Shown here one piece after another: positions 19,411 to 29,033 of a DNA stretch of 64,000 nt. Where the stretch lies: sequence record AP018399.1; one strand, 5' to 3'. Position numbers and translations under genes: made by a program. A model generated the notes under the pieces. It was not told the DNA's origin, did no database searches, and worked only from the letters and a program-made list of their open reading frames with translations. Within the stretch, counting starts at the first letter, position 1, and each line of letters begins with the position of its first letter.

Positions 19411-20019
19411 TCAAGTCCAGCCCATCGACTTGATGAACTCGGCTTGGCGTGCTTCCGCTTCCTTACGCTTCTTGCGTTGCGCATTGAGGAAACGATTATA
19501 CTTCTGTTTCATACCCTTGACGATAGCAGCAGCATCGTGGCGAATGCTGACAGCCGTTTCCACGTCGTTGATGGTGTTGGCATAGTCGCAGCGGTGGTCC
19601 AGAGACAACGCATAGCGAACGGAATGGAACGGGATTTCGATTTTGAAAAACGCCGTGATTGCCTTGAGAACTTCCAGCGCAGTTGTACCGGACGAAATGA
19701 AGTCGTCGCAGATAATCCACACGGGCTTACGGTCGCCGAGGATGATGCGGGAATGTTCGATAGAGCTACCGTGGCTCTTTTCGTTCTTCTTGCGAACGTA
19801 CACCGTGCCAAAATCCACGGTATCGGTCTTGGTGATGAACATGCTGATAGCAGTCGCAGCAGTCGTGCCCGACATGCCACGATAAACGAGAATGGGGAAC
19901 TTGCCGTCTGCAATGAGAGCGTCAACTTCCTTGGCGATTGTCCGGCCCCATTCCGCCATGTAGTGCGGATTCATGGAGCTACCATAGTGACTCTTGCGGT
20001 TTTCGTTCAGTCGGCTCAT
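19411..20019 (-). CDS. phosphoribosyltransferase-like protein
   Basis: PRPP-loop motif WIICDDFISSGTT; RGMSG; VYVRKKNEKSHG. Confidence 0.75.
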   Translation of the reverse strand: MSRLNENRKSHYGSSMNPHYMAEWGRTIAKEVDALIADGKFPILVYRGMSGTTAATAISMFITKTDTVDFGTVYVRKKNEKSHGSSIEHSRIILGDRKPVWIICDDFISSGTTALEVLKAITAFFKIEIPFHSVRYALSLDHRCDYANTINDVETAVSIRHDAAAIVKGMKQKYNRFLNAQRKKRKEAEARQAEFIKSMGWT

Positions 20020-20119
20020 GTGTGTAGCATACCACTATAATTTACAATGTCAACACTTATTTTCTAGCTTTTTGCACTATGGACATTTCGCAAATAGCCG
20101 ATTTTTCGTCGCGTGGTTC

Positions 20120-20163
20120 CCCGGCCTCCCAGCCATTTTATTATAATTAAGTTCTCTTGTCAA
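20120..20163 (-). repeat. conserved promoter element copy 3 (variant GGCTGGGAGGCCGGG)
   Basis: TTGACA-N17-TAAAAT-GGCTGGGAGGCCGGG on minus strand. Confidence 0.8.
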
Positions 20164-20164
20164 C

Positions 20165-20206
20165 TATTGCAGACAAAGAAAAGCCCGGATATGCTCCGGG
20201 CTTTCC
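20165..20206. terminator. terminator block, 42-bp identical copy at 26200-26241
   Basis: TATTGCAGACAAAGAAAAGCCCGGATATGCTCCGGGCTTTCC. Confidence 0.85.
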
Positions 20207-20230
20207 GCATTCCCCGTTGTGGGGGTTGGG

Positions 20231-20506
20231 TTACTTGCGGGCGATGGAGAAGGCGAACCCGCCCACGTTGCCCGACACGTCCCCGGCCGTCTTCGGCAGC
20301 TTGACGCCACCGGCCAGCTTGGCAGCGCTGCGCACGCGGTCGGCGTTGATGCGGGCGGTGGTCTTCGGCGAGCGGTACAGGCCAGCACGGACCGGCTTGG
20401 CGATGCTGTCGGCGAAGGCGGCGACGCCAGCCTTGACGATGTTCTTGGCGGCTTCGAAGCTCGTGGTGTCGGTGGACTGGCCGTTGACGGTGACGTTGTA
20501 GGACAT
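20231..20506 (-). CDS. small Ala/Lys-rich basic protein
   Basis: Strong codon bias. Confidence 0.7.
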   Translation of the reverse strand: MSYNVTVNGQSTDTTSFEAAKNIVKAGVAAFADSIAKPVRAGLYRSPKTTARINADRVRSAAKLAGGVKLPKTAGDVSGNVGGFAFSIARK

Positions 20507-20686
20507 TGGCTTGATTCCTTGTGTTTGGAGTTGGTTTTGGTGGTGTGGGTTGTGCGTTACAGCACTTCGAAATCGTCGTCGTTGCCGTACATCACGGCGT
20601 CGAGGTCCGCCATGTCTTCGGCGTAGCGTTGGGCGTCGTAAGCGGAGAAATCGAACTCGTCCATTTGTTGCCTCGGTGTTGTTGGT

Positions 20687-21064
20687 TGGTATGGGTGCTA
20701 CTATACACCCTTAAATTATATTGTCAACACTTTTTTCAAATTATTTTTCTGCTTGCATGTCGCACCAGCTACCGTCAAGCGTTTTCGACGGCTTCCAGCT
20801 TCACCGTTACACCATCCTTGGTAAACACCATCGGACGGCCCGCCATCACGTTGAGTAGAATCAGGTCAACGCGGGAATCTTCCATGCCACGGCGCAGCAG
20901 CTTTTCCGCTTCATCCTTGGGGAGAACGACAACCGGCTTGCCGTAAGTGGAAAACTTGATATTCATGATGATTCCCTGTGGTATGGGTGCTACTATACCC
21001 CCTTAAATTATATTGTCAACACCTTTTTTCAAATTATTTTTCCGCTTGCATGTCGCACCAGCTA
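20687..21064. repeat. about 85-bp near-identical direct repeat flanking one gene
   Basis: 20687-20771 vs 20979-21064; contains promoter plus the 3' end of gene 21034..21258. Confidence 0.9.
20775..20966 (-). CDS. hypothetical protein
   Basis: Between the repeats, own promoter. Confidence 0.65.
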   Translation of the reverse strand: MNIKFSTYGKPVVVLPKDEAEKLLRRGMEDSRVDLILLNVMAGRPMVFTKDGVTVKLEAVENA

Positions 21065-21258
21065 ATGGCATCTTCCACGCTGGCAGCGTCATAGACCACG
21101 TTAGCCGGTTCACCAGCGAACACGACCACGCTGGGGCTGGAATAGATGGCGGTCATGCTGATGATGTAGCCGCGATACTGGAAGCCTGCACCAGCGGCCA
21201 CATGGTTGCCTTGTGCATCCATGATGCCAAAGCGCTTGGAATTGAGGTTGTCGCTCAT
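21034..21258 (-). CDS. hypothetical protein
   Basis: MSDNLNS start. Confidence 0.6.
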   Translation of the reverse strand: MSDNLNSKRFGIMDAQGNHVAAGAGFQYRGYIISMTAIYSSPSVVVFAGEPANVVYDAASVEDAISWCDMQAEK

Positions 21259-21265
21259 GGGCATA

Positions 21266-21550
21266 TCAGTAGTCTCCCGAATCGTACATGCCGTAATCTT
21301 CATCGGTTCCGAAGCCAGCGGACGCCAGTGCATAGCCGTCATCGGAATCGTCGCAGTCGATATCGTCGCAGTCGATATCTTCCTCACCTTCATCCTCATC
21401 GGACTCCGGATGCGGGACCGGCTCGCCAGTGTAAAACGGATTGGCGACCCACGTATCGGAATCATGCAACAGCCACGCCAGATGCGGGCACTCGCGGCCA
21501 ACGTTGCGGGCGAACTCGTTCAGAGCATCATTGTTGGTTGCGTAGGTCAT
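21266..21550 (-). CDS. acidic protein
   Basis: NPFY.G.P.PHPE and ALASAGFGTDEDYG motifs. Confidence 0.75.
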   Translation of the reverse strand: MTYATNNDALNEFARNVGRECPHLAWLLHDSDTWVANPFYTGEPVPHPESDEDEGEEDIDCDDIDCDDSDDGYALASAGFGTDEDYGMYDSGDY

Positions 21551-21609
21551 CGTTATGCTCCGTTGATTTGTGTGGTCATTATACACAAACAAATTCAACA
21601 TGCAAGGGG

Positions 21610-21653
21610 TTGACGTGACCTAAATTATAGTGTAAAATGGATGGCAGGCCGGG
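21610..21653 (+). repeat. conserved promoter element copy 4
   Basis: TTGACG-N17-TAAAAT-GGATGGCAGGCCGGG. Confidence 0.85.
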
Positions 21654-21711
21654 ACAGTATGCGGGGCCAACAAAAAGCCCGGATTGCTCCGGGCTTTCGA
21701 TTCTGCTAGGG

Positions 21712-22218
21712 TCAGCGGTATTCGTTGGGGTACTTGGCGAGGATGGCGTACAGGCTGGCGAATTGGGCCGGAATCAGCACGGAATTGATGCGTTCCCATT
21801 CGGCCGGATTCTTGAGCAATTCCGCATCCGGGTTGGTGGTGAAGTGCGAGCCGCCCAGATGGTACAGGTCGGCAGTCTTGCGCAGCGTGTAGATGGTCTG
21901 CACAATCTCGCAGAACTTCCACAGGTCGCGGTCGTCGGTGATGGTCAGCGTATCGCCGAAATGCAGTTTGAGTTGGTCATACAGATTCTTATTCTGCATT
22001 TCCTTATTCTGCCAGTCCATGACGTGCAGGCTGTCCAGATGGTAATGGCAATCGCGATTGCCGAGGTAGCCGAAGCCCCAATACCAGTTGCAATCGAACG
22101 ACGGGCGACGGAACAGGATGCCACGGCCATGCACGGAACCGAGACGGAAGTTTGCCGGGAACGCCGCAACCTTGGCATTCAGGTCATTGGAGAAGGCGTT
22201 AGGCTGGGTCCGCATCAT
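21712..22218 (-). CDS. phage hypothetical protein
   Basis: FDCNWYWGFGYL motif. Confidence 0.75.
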   Translation of the reverse strand: MMRTQPNAFSNDLNAKVAAFPANFRLGSVHGRGILFRRPSFDCNWYWGFGYLGNRDCHYHLDSLHVMDWQNKEMQNKNLYDQLKLHFGDTLTITDDRDLWKFCEIVQTIYTLRKTADLYHLGGSHFTTNPDAELLKNPAEWERINSVLIPAQFASLYAILAKYPNEYR

Positions 22219-22274
22219 CTTAATCCGTTGTGGTGTGTGGTCATTATACACACTTAAAAGAAATACGCAACTAC

Positions 22275-22318
22275 TTGCGCAAAAGAAAATTATAGTGTAA
22301 AATGGATGGCAGGCCGGG
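22275..22318 (+). repeat. conserved promoter element copy 5
   Basis: TTGCGC-N17-TAAAAT-GGATGGCAGGCCGGG. Confidence 0.8.
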
Positions 22319-22369
22319 AGAGTATGCGGGGCCAAAGAAAAGGAGCCTTGCGGCCCCTTCGCTTTTTAG

Positions 22370-22585
22370 TTAGATTGCCCATTCCAGTGCGGCATGGAGG
22401 CATTCTTTCGGCGTCCCGCACTTGATGGTGCGAATGCAGCGATTGGTGATGCTGCTGTATTCGTCCAGACCGGTGTAACCGTTGCGGCCTTGGGCTTCCA
22501 GATAGGTGACCTTCCCGCGTTCCTTGGCGACTTCGTTGATGCCCTTGAGGTCATTCCGGAGGTCTTCGCGCATGTAACGGGCCAT
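22370..22585 (-). CDS. hypothetical protein
   Basis: Own promoter. Confidence 0.7.
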   Translation of the reverse strand: MARYMREDLRNDLKGINEVAKERGKVTYLEAQGRNGYTGLDEYSSITNRCIRTIKCGTPKECLHAALEWAI

Positions 22586-22705
22586 TTCGTTCTCGCCTAT
22601 CGTGTTGGTGTGTGGGTCATTATACACACTTAAAAGAAATGTGCAATACCCAAATACAAAAAAATCCCCCTATTTCTAGGGGGATTCTTGTGGTACCCTT
22701 GGCGG

Positions 22706-23449
22706 TTAGCCGTTCAGGATATCGGCCGGGATGCTCGCCACGTCTTCCGGCAGGTAGGACTTGCGGGCGACGATGAGGCGTTCGAAGTTGCCTTCCTTGA
22801 GGCTCAGAAACTTGAGGCCCACGGAGCGCTTGTTCAGCGCCTTGGAAATGGCGTTCGACATGAGGACCGGAGCGCCCGACTTGACGACCTTGTATTCGCC
22901 CGGTTCGCGCACGTTGCGGTTCAGTTCCAGACAGGCGACCATGATGCTCGCCACGGTCGGCAGGCCATCGGTCAGCACCGGCTGCATGATGCCTTCGACC
23001 TTTTCCGTCACGAAATGGACCTTGATGCCATCGGCGACGCGGGCATAGCAGCGGTCATGGCCCTGACGGTGGGCGTCGCTGCGGTCGCCGGTCAGCGTGG
23101 TATTCATGCTGTCCACTTCCTTCGCCTTGCGGGTGTTGAAGATGGTCAGCAGTTCGGTTTCCGGGAGCTTCGACAGAACCGGGTCGGCGTCGATGAATTC
23201 CTTCACGTCGCTGAAACGCAGGTCCGACAGAGCGGCCATCTTGCGCTTGTACAGGTTTTCGACGCTGAAACGGGTGATGAGTTGCGCATCGTACACGGTC
23301 GGCTTCACGCGGTCGCTGGTGGCGACGTAGCCGTACACGGTGGCGATACCGCCCTGACGGGCAACGCTCAGGCTTTCCAGCGCTTCGGCCTGTTCGGCAG
23401 TGGCGCGGAACTTCTGGCCGTTCAGGTCGGTGAGAATCAGGTGGGTCAT
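22706..23449 (-). CDS. hypothetical protein
   Basis: 247 aa, own promoter, strong codon bias. Confidence 0.85.
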   Translation of the reverse strand: MTHLILTDLNGQKFRATAEQAEALESLSVARQGGIATVYGYVATSDRVKPTVYDAQLITRFSVENLYKRKMAALSDLRFSDVKEFIDADPVLSKLPETELLTIFNTRKAKEVDSMNTTLTGDRSDAHRQGHDRCYARVADGIKVHFVTEKVEGIMQPVLTDGLPTVASIMVACLELNRNVREPGEYKVVKSGAPVLMSNAISKALNKRSVGLKFLSLKEGNFERLIVARKSYLPEDVASIPADILNG

Positions 23450-23525
23450 TGCCGTTCCTTGTTGGTTGGTATGGGTGAATTATACACGACCCGTCGAGGT
23501 TGTCAACAGGTTTTTTCAATTTATT

Positions 23526-23726
23526 TTAGTGGAAGTGTGCCCGGATTTGCTTTTCGGCCTGATACAATGTCCAGCACAGACGGCCGTTCACTTCGACATA
23601 GTTGCAGTCGCTACGGGCGAAATGACGTTCACACATACGCATCGCGTAGTCCGGGCCAATCATGTTGGCGGGGTCATACGAACGGGTGCGGGTGTGGCGG
23701 ACGATGGTGACGGGTTGCGTAGCCAT
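23526..23726 (-). CDS. hypothetical protein
   Basis: Own promoter. Confidence 0.6.
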   Translation of the reverse strand: MATQPVTIVRHTRTRSYDPANMIGPDYAMRMCERHFARSDCNYVEVNGRLCWTLYQAEKQIRAHFH

Positions 23727-23787
23727 TTCATTTCCTCGCCTTAACTTATGTGTCCATTATACACACTTAAATTATTTGTGCAAGGGG

Positions 23788-23830
23788 TTGACAAAAGAAA
23801 ATTATAGTGTAAAATGGATGGCAGGCCGGG
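23788..23830 (+). repeat. conserved promoter element copy 6
   Basis: TTGACA-N16-TAAAAT-GGATGGCAGGCCGGG. Confidence 0.85.
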
Positions 23831-23966
23831 ACTATAGCCCGGACAGAATGAAACCCCAGCCTTGCGACCGGGGTTTCGGAAAGGATTCGCCGTCTGTCCA
23901 GTTATTTCGCTGGCGGGTTCAACCTGTAGACATAATGCCACAGGTTGTTATACTTGTCAAGCGATT

Positions 23967-24299
23967 TTAGCGCTTGATGTACAGGCCGGAACCGTACAGG
24001 TCGCACGGCTTGCCATTGCCCACGTCGAGGCCATCATTCCAGATGGAACCGCGCTTGCCCTTGGCGGGCTTCTTCCAGCCATCGGCCTTGAGAATGTCGC
24101 CATTGCTCAGGTCGATGAAGCAATAGACCATGCGCTGCGAATCCTGATTCACGATGCGAGCGAATTTCTGGCCGTATTCCACTTCGAACGTGCCCTTGAA
24201 CGGCAGGTAGCCGCGATTCGGCAGTTCCAGCATGTAATACTTTTGCAGTTCCCCCACGAACAGGGTAATGCGGTCTTCGATGCCAGCTTGACGTGCCAT
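23967..24299 (-). CDS. conserved T4-superfamily-type small protein
   Basis: G.K.ARIV..MVYCFID..NGDILKA..WKKPAK..RG.I. Confidence 0.75.
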   Translation of the reverse strand: MARQAGIEDRITLFVGELQKYYMLELPNRGYLPFKGTFEVEYGQKFARIVNQDSQRMVYCFIDLSNGDILKADGWKKPAKGKRGSIWNDGLDVGNGKPCDLYGSGLYIKR

Positions 24300-24360
24300 T
24301 GCGTAGCTCCCTTGTGTATGCGACTAGTATACTGACTTAAATTGCAATGTCAAGTATAAT

Positions 24361-24726
24361 TTAGTCGATTCGCGTTTCCACGTTGCAGGGGATGCCACGT
24401 TCCCGCAGTTCAGCAGCGAAGGCATTGAGGCAACGGGCACGATAGTCCATGCTCTGCCACATGCCATCGGCCTTGACCATATCGGCCGACATGCTGAAAT
24501 AGTAATGCTTCCGGTAGTCATCCCAGCGCCAGTTATGCGCTTTCAGCACGTTGGCGAGGCGATGATTCTTGCGAATCTTGATGCAGGCCCACGCGAAGCC
24601 GCAGGGATACCAATGCGGCTCGGCAATCAGCGATTGCTCATTGAGCTTCACCATGCCCGCGCTGATTGCCAGCAGCAGGGCTTCATTGGTAACGGTAACG
24701 TACTGGTCGGGCTTCTTGCCGGTCAT
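24361..24726 (-). CDS. hypothetical protein
   Basis: CGFAW..AFA..L...GI...V.TRID pattern. Confidence 0.7.
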   Translation of the reverse strand: MTGKKPDQYVTVTNEALLLAISAGMVKLNEQSLIAEPHWYPCGFAWACIKIRKNHRLANVLKAHNWRWDDYRKHYYFSMSADMVKADGMWQSMDYRARCLNAFAAELRERGIPCNVETRID

Positions 24727-24790
24727 GTTGGCGATTCCGCTTGAGTGTGTGGTCATTATACACACTTAAAAGAAATGTGCAAGCTTTATT

Positions 24791-25306
24791 TTAGCCAATC
24801 GTGCGACGCTGGCCCGTCCAGTCATTGCGATTGAATACCTGTCCCGAACGGTTGCGGATGCCCGCGATGCTGCAACGTTGCATGGCCGCATGATGCTTCG
24901 GACCGGCCCACGTTTCGGCCCCGTTCGCATTGCGGTACAGATATTCATTCTTGACACGGCCACGCTTGACCGTGATACCGTATTGCGAACAACGGGTGCC
25001 GGTGCCGCCCAGCGAGCGATGAATCGCCTTCCAGATGCGGTCATGGCCCGAACGCCCACGCAACGCATAGTCAACCATGTGCGCAATTTCATGCGACACA
25101 GTATTGCGGAATTCTTCCGGAACCTGCGAAGCGTTATGGGTATTGAACTGTACTTCCCAGCTACCTTGCTTCGCCCAGCCATTCATGCGGCCCTTCGCGA
25201 AGAATGACACCTTCGGAACGGGACGGGCAGCGTAAGCCGGATACAGGGCACGGGCCTTCGCATCGTACTCGTGGAAATAACCCATGATGGTGGCTTCGAT
25301 GCTCAT
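24791..25306 (-). CDS. SprT-like zinc metalloprotein
   Basis: TVSHEIAH..H..IWK..H..LGG...RC. Confidence 0.85.
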   Translation of the reverse strand: MSIEATIMGYFHEYDAKARALYPAYAARPVPKVSFFAKGRMNGWAKQGSWEVQFNTHNASQVPEEFRNTVSHEIAHMVDYALRGRSGHDRIWKAIHRSLGGTGTRCSQYGITVKRGRVKNEYLYRNANGAETWAGPKHHAAMQRCSIAGIRNRSGQVFNRNDWTGQRRTIG

Positions 25307-25366
25307 TGTCTGTTTCCTGTTTGTGTGTGCCCATTATACACACTTAAATTATTAGTGCAACCCCTT

Positions 25367-25618
25367 TTACCAATCTTTTTCATTGATGATAATGGGACGG
25401 CTGTCGGAAAACTCCGGAAGGCGGGACAGGCTGATTTTCAGCGTTTCATGGTCCACGCTACCGGCTTCCCATGTGACCACGCGGGGCTGATTCGCCCAAC
25501 CCATGTAACGGGATTCGCGGATGCGCTTTGCGCCAAGCTGGCGCAGCATGGATTTGTACATTTCCGCGTCATACGGGAATGCATCGAATTGGGAAGACTG
25601 GTGCAGGTATTCACGCAT
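25367..25618 (-). CDS. hypothetical protein
   Basis: Own promoter. Confidence 0.6.
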   Translation of the reverse strand: MREYLHQSSQFDAFPYDAEMYKSMLRQLGAKRIRESRYMGWANQPRVVTWEAGSVDHETLKISLSRLPEFSDSRPIIINEKDW

Positions 25619-25697
25619 GACGGTATTCCCTTGGGGTGTGTGACCATTATACACAAACAAATGAGGGTGTCAACTACAAATTTCAATCTTTTTAGGC

Positions 25698-25740
25698 TTG
25701 ACATTCCTATAATTTAGTGTAAAATGGATGGCAGGCCGGG
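25698..25740 (+). repeat. conserved promoter element copy 7
   Basis: TTGACA-N16-TAAAAT-GGATGGCAGGCCGGG. Confidence 0.85.
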
Positions 25741-25782
25741 GATATAGCGAGGCAAAAAGAAAGGGGCCGTAGCCCCTTTCCC

Positions 25783-26049
25783 TTAGCGGATGATGGTGGA
25801 CTCACAGGTCGGGGAGTTGGTAGCATCCGGGGCCGGCTGCACCACGTCCGGATTGGCCCGGACCATCCAACCCATGCGGCCCATCTTGAGGCCACGGGCG
25901 ACCACTTCGCCGCAGTCGCGGACGATGACGGTATCACCATCGGCCTCGACCGAGTAACCGGCCTTCTTCATGCTCTTCTTGAAGCCGGTCATCCACGTAT
26001 TCGGGGCGAAGCGGGCGACGGTCTTGAAGTGGGCTTCGTTCTGGCGCAT
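25783..26049 (-). CDS. hypothetical protein
   Basis: Own promoter. Confidence 0.7.
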   Translation of the reverse strand: MRQNEAHFKTVARFAPNTWMTGFKKSMKKAGYSVEADGDTVIVRDCGEVVARGLKMGRMGWMVRANPDVVQPAPDATNSPTCESTIIR

Positions 26050-26155
26050 CGGTGTGTCTCCGTGGTTGATGTGTGTACTATACTCCCTTAAATTTATTTG
26101 TCAACACCTTTTTTCAAATATTTTTAGGGGTTGACAGGATTCGGTGGGCTAGTCT

Positions 26156-26198
26156 CCCGGCCTGCCATCCATTTTACACTTATAATTTAGAAAGTCAA
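26156..26198 (-). repeat. conserved promoter element copy 8
   Basis: TTGACT-N16-TAAAAT-GGATGGCAGGCCGGG on minus strand. Confidence 0.85.
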
Positions 26199-26244
26199 GT
26201 ATTGCAGACAAAGAAAAGCCCGGATATGCTCCGGGCTTTCCTGT

Positions 26245-26496
26245 TTACATTGCTCGGCGGCTGATTGCATCGCCGGTGAAGGCTTCCCACACGTCATACG
26301 GCATGGAAAGGCGGATAACCCCTTCACCATCGAAAACGTGTACCTGTCCGTCATCGTCCATTTCGGCGATGAATTCGTCAGCTTGGGCGAGGATGGTCAC
26401 CCCATCGGACCGACTGCAATCGCATTCGGCCATCGGGTGTATACGGCGAGAACAGCCGTCGTCGCAGGCACGGTCAGGGCGTTCGGGCATTGGCAT
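26245..26496 (-). CDS. hypothetical protein
   Basis: 83-aa ORF. Confidence 0.55.
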   Translation of the reverse strand: MPMPERPDRACDDGCSRRIHPMAECDCSRSDGVTILAQADEFIAEMDDDGQVHVFDGEGVIRLSMPYDVWEAFTGDAISRRAM

Positions 26497-26502
26497 TCTC
26501 CA

Positions 26503-26667
26503 TTAGGTTCGGGTCCACGTCATGTACTGGCGTTCGGTGATTTCGCCATTCTTGTGGAGGGAATCGGTCCAGTCATTGAACGCGGTGTCCAGCGTCGCAC
26601 GACCTTGGTCCGGGAGCTTCGGGGCGATTTCGTCTTTGAAGAACTTGCGGGCTTCACGAAGGGTCAT
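26503..26667 (-). CDS. small phage protein
   Basis: AFNDWTDSLHKNGEITERQY..W. Confidence 0.7.
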   Translation of the reverse strand: MTLREARKFFKDEIAPKLPDQGRATLDTAFNDWTDSLHKNGEITERQYMTWTRT

Positions 26668-26726
26668 GGCGGCGTTCCGTTGTGGTATGGGTGCCATTAT
26701 ACTCAATTAAATTGAGTTGTCAACAC

Positions 26727-27134
26727 CTAGTTTTTGTTCGGTGGGAAGGTATAATGCCGCTTTGACACAGGCGAACCGCAATGCTTGCAGCGCCCGTGCA
26801 TGATGTAGTAGCGTTCGGTTAGTTGATTCGTGAAACGGTTTGTGCTTTCCCAGCCGTCACCCTGTACCCAGCGGTCAACCTCATGCACGTCGCTTTTGCA
26901 ACGCATGGTGATGGCCTCGACCTTGGCCCGTGCGATGGTCACTTCACGTTGCGTTTCCGCTTCGATTGCCTTCGCATTGGCCTCGGCGGCTTTCGTCTGA
27001 GCCGCTAGGATTTGGATATCTTGACGGCGTGCGATGTAGCAATGCACGATGGTCCAGAGAGGGCCGAAAATGCCCTTGAATTGACGTGTGGCGCTCACAT
27101 GGGTGAACACCACGTCGATTGGTTCCTGACTCAT
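26727..27134 (-). CDS. hypothetical protein
   Basis: MSQEPID start; TAG stop. Confidence 0.65.
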   Translation of the reverse strand: MSQEPIDVVFTHVSATRQFKGIFGPLWTIVHCYIARRQDIQILAAQTKAAEANAKAIEAETQREVTIARAKVEAITMRCKSDVHEVDRWVQGDGWESTNRFTNQLTERYYIMHGRCKHCGSPVSKRHYTFPPNKN

Positions 27135-27361
27135 GCCGCAGCCTTTTCCTCGCTGTAGAAGTCTTCCGGGCTGTAATCGCTGGTAACGCCATCGGTCCAG
27201 AACAGGCCAACATAGTTGGGATTCCGCGACCACGGCTGCCACGCGATGTACCACTGGCCGTACAGGTCAACCCCGACGACATAGCCCGCATTCTTCCAAT
27301 GCACCTTGCGGCCAGCCTTCACGGCTTCCTGAATCTCGGCGAGGGTATTGAACTGAGCCAT
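27131..27361 (-). CDS. hypothetical protein
   Basis: EI..AV..G.KVHWKN.GY.V motif. Confidence 0.7.
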   Translation of the reverse strand: MAQFNTLAEIQEAVKAGRKVHWKNAGYVVGVDLYGQWYIAWQPWSRNPNYVGLFWTDGVTSDYSPEDFYSEEKAAA

Positions 27362-27531
27362 TTGCGTGTCCCGTGTTGGTATGGGTGTAGAATATCACAC
27401 TTGAATTATATGTCAACCCCTTGCCTTAAAATAATTCATGGGTATAATGCTTGGCGCAAAAGAAAAGCCCCCAGCATTGCTAGGGGCTTTTCACACCACG
27501 GGTTAGGGCACCACCCCTAACCCCACCATGC

Positions 27532-27789
27532 TTAGCGGCGGTTGACGACCATCGCCGGGTTGTGCAGCGGGATGCGGTAGATGACCGGAGCCGGACCGCG
27601 CTTGCCTTCCGGACGCTCGGCGACACCGACTTCCGTCGCGAGGCCGAGACGGGCCAGCGTGGACAGGTCGGGCTGCTTGACGCGCTTGCCGTTGATGCTC
27701 AGACGCGAGTCCTTGCCACGGCCGATGATATCGGCGACGGTACCCTCGATGTAGTCCGGGGTCTGGTTGAAAGTGGTCTTGTTTGCCAT
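27532..27789 (-). CDS. small basic, possibly DNA-binding protein
   Basis: GKRGPAPVIYRI; own promoter. Confidence 0.7.
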   Translation of the reverse strand: MANKTTFNQTPDYIEGTVADIIGRGKDSRLSINGKRVKQPDLSTLARLGLATEVGVAERPEGKRGPAPVIYRIPLHNPAMVVNRR

Positions 27790-27885
27790 GTTCGTTTTCC
27801 TCAGAGTGGATTTGATTTGAAGGGTTTGTTTCTACAACGTGGATAGTCTATCTAACTTATAACAGCTTGTCAACTACTTTCTTGA

Positions 27886-27908
27886 AATAAGTCCTAACGC
27901 AAGCGTTA
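27886..27908 (+). repeat. AATAAGTCC-TAACGC-NN-GCGTTA dyad motif, copy 1 of 3
   Basis: Also at 31746-31768 and 35605-35627. Confidence 0.8.
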
Positions 27909-28092
27909 AGACAGGTACGGCAGGACGGCACCCACGAAAGCGGTAGCGTCCGGGGTAGCGGTGAAGTGGTTCACCAGCTTGATGACAGCCCATGCCAGCA
28001 GCGCAAGGCCACCGATGGACACCAGCAGGCCGACGATGAAGGCCAGCAGCCACAGCTTGCCGAAATGCTTGAAGATGAATTCCATGTTTGCC

Positions 28093-28434
28093 TCAGTAGA
28101 GAGTGGTATACTGCTTGTCGGACTTGGGGAACATCACAACGGACAGGATGGGGAAGTCCAGCTTGTCATTGGGCTTCACAACCTTGCCATTGAAACGAAT
28201 TGCACCCTGCTCAATGAAACGTCGCAGAGTCGAATTGGATGCGGCCTTCTTCTCGGCCACGTCCCAGAAACCTTCCTTGCCCAGCCCCAGAAGCCATTCA
28301 TAGGCCGTCTTGTTGGGGATGAAGGCATCGGATACACGACACCAGTTGCGGACCAGCTTGAACTTCACGAGGGGCAAATCCTCATGGATTTCAAGGACTT
28401 CGATGGTATGGCCGTTGAGTTCGATGCTTTCCAT
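28093..28434 (-). CDS. S4-like RNA-binding domain protein
   Basis: SNSTLRRFIEQGAIRFNGKVVKPNDKL matches the S4 pattern. Confidence 0.6.
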   Translation of the reverse strand: MESIELNGHTIEVLEIHEDLPLVKFKLVRNWCRVSDAFIPNKTAYEWLLGLGKEGFWDVAEKKAASNSTLRRFIEQGAIRFNGKVVKPNDKLDFPILSVVMFPKSDKQYTTLY

Positions 28435-28658
28435 GTGCTAAATTATACACACTTAAGTTGTGGTGTCAACTACTTCCGTATAAAGCCAGTTCTTCGGGTC
28501 CATACGATTCCAGCGCGCGAGTTCGGCGAGGAAGATGCCCCGATGGGCGCATTCGATTTCACGAATCCATGAACGATTCGTGGGGATATGCTTGGCCCTA
28601 TACTTGTACTTGGTCGGGATGACCGGAGGATTCTTCCACCATGCGTCCATTGAAACCC

Positions 28659-28967
28659 TCAGACATTGGTCATCTTCACGAATGTTGCGACGGCCGCGAT
28701 TGCACCCGCATACAGGCACAGGTATTGGCCGAAATGGTTGCGAAGGTCGCTCCACATGCGAGCCAGAGGACCACGCTTCTCCGCATTGTAGGAGCGGTAG
28801 ACGGAGCGGACGAAGTTGCCGGTGAAATACGACTGCACCTTGGCGACCAGCACGACCACCACGACGGCGACCACAGCCGACACCATGATGGGGAACAGCA
28901 CGTTGCTGTTGTACAACTGGTATTCCAGCGGGTTGCGGTAGACGATGAATTCCTGCGGCTGGCTCAC
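28659..28967 (-). CDS. membrane protein
   Basis: Two hydrophobic segments. Confidence 0.65.
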   Translation of the reverse strand: MSQPQEFIVYRNPLEYQLYNSNVLFPIMVSAVVAVVVVVLVAKVQSYFTGNFVRSVYRSYNAEKRGPLARMWSDLRNHFGQYLCLYAGAIAAVATFVKMTNV

Positions 28968-29033
28968 GTTGTCAGTCTCAGTTAGTGGAATGAGATATAA
29001 TTTACCTCATTCCACATAGGTTGTCAAGCGGTT

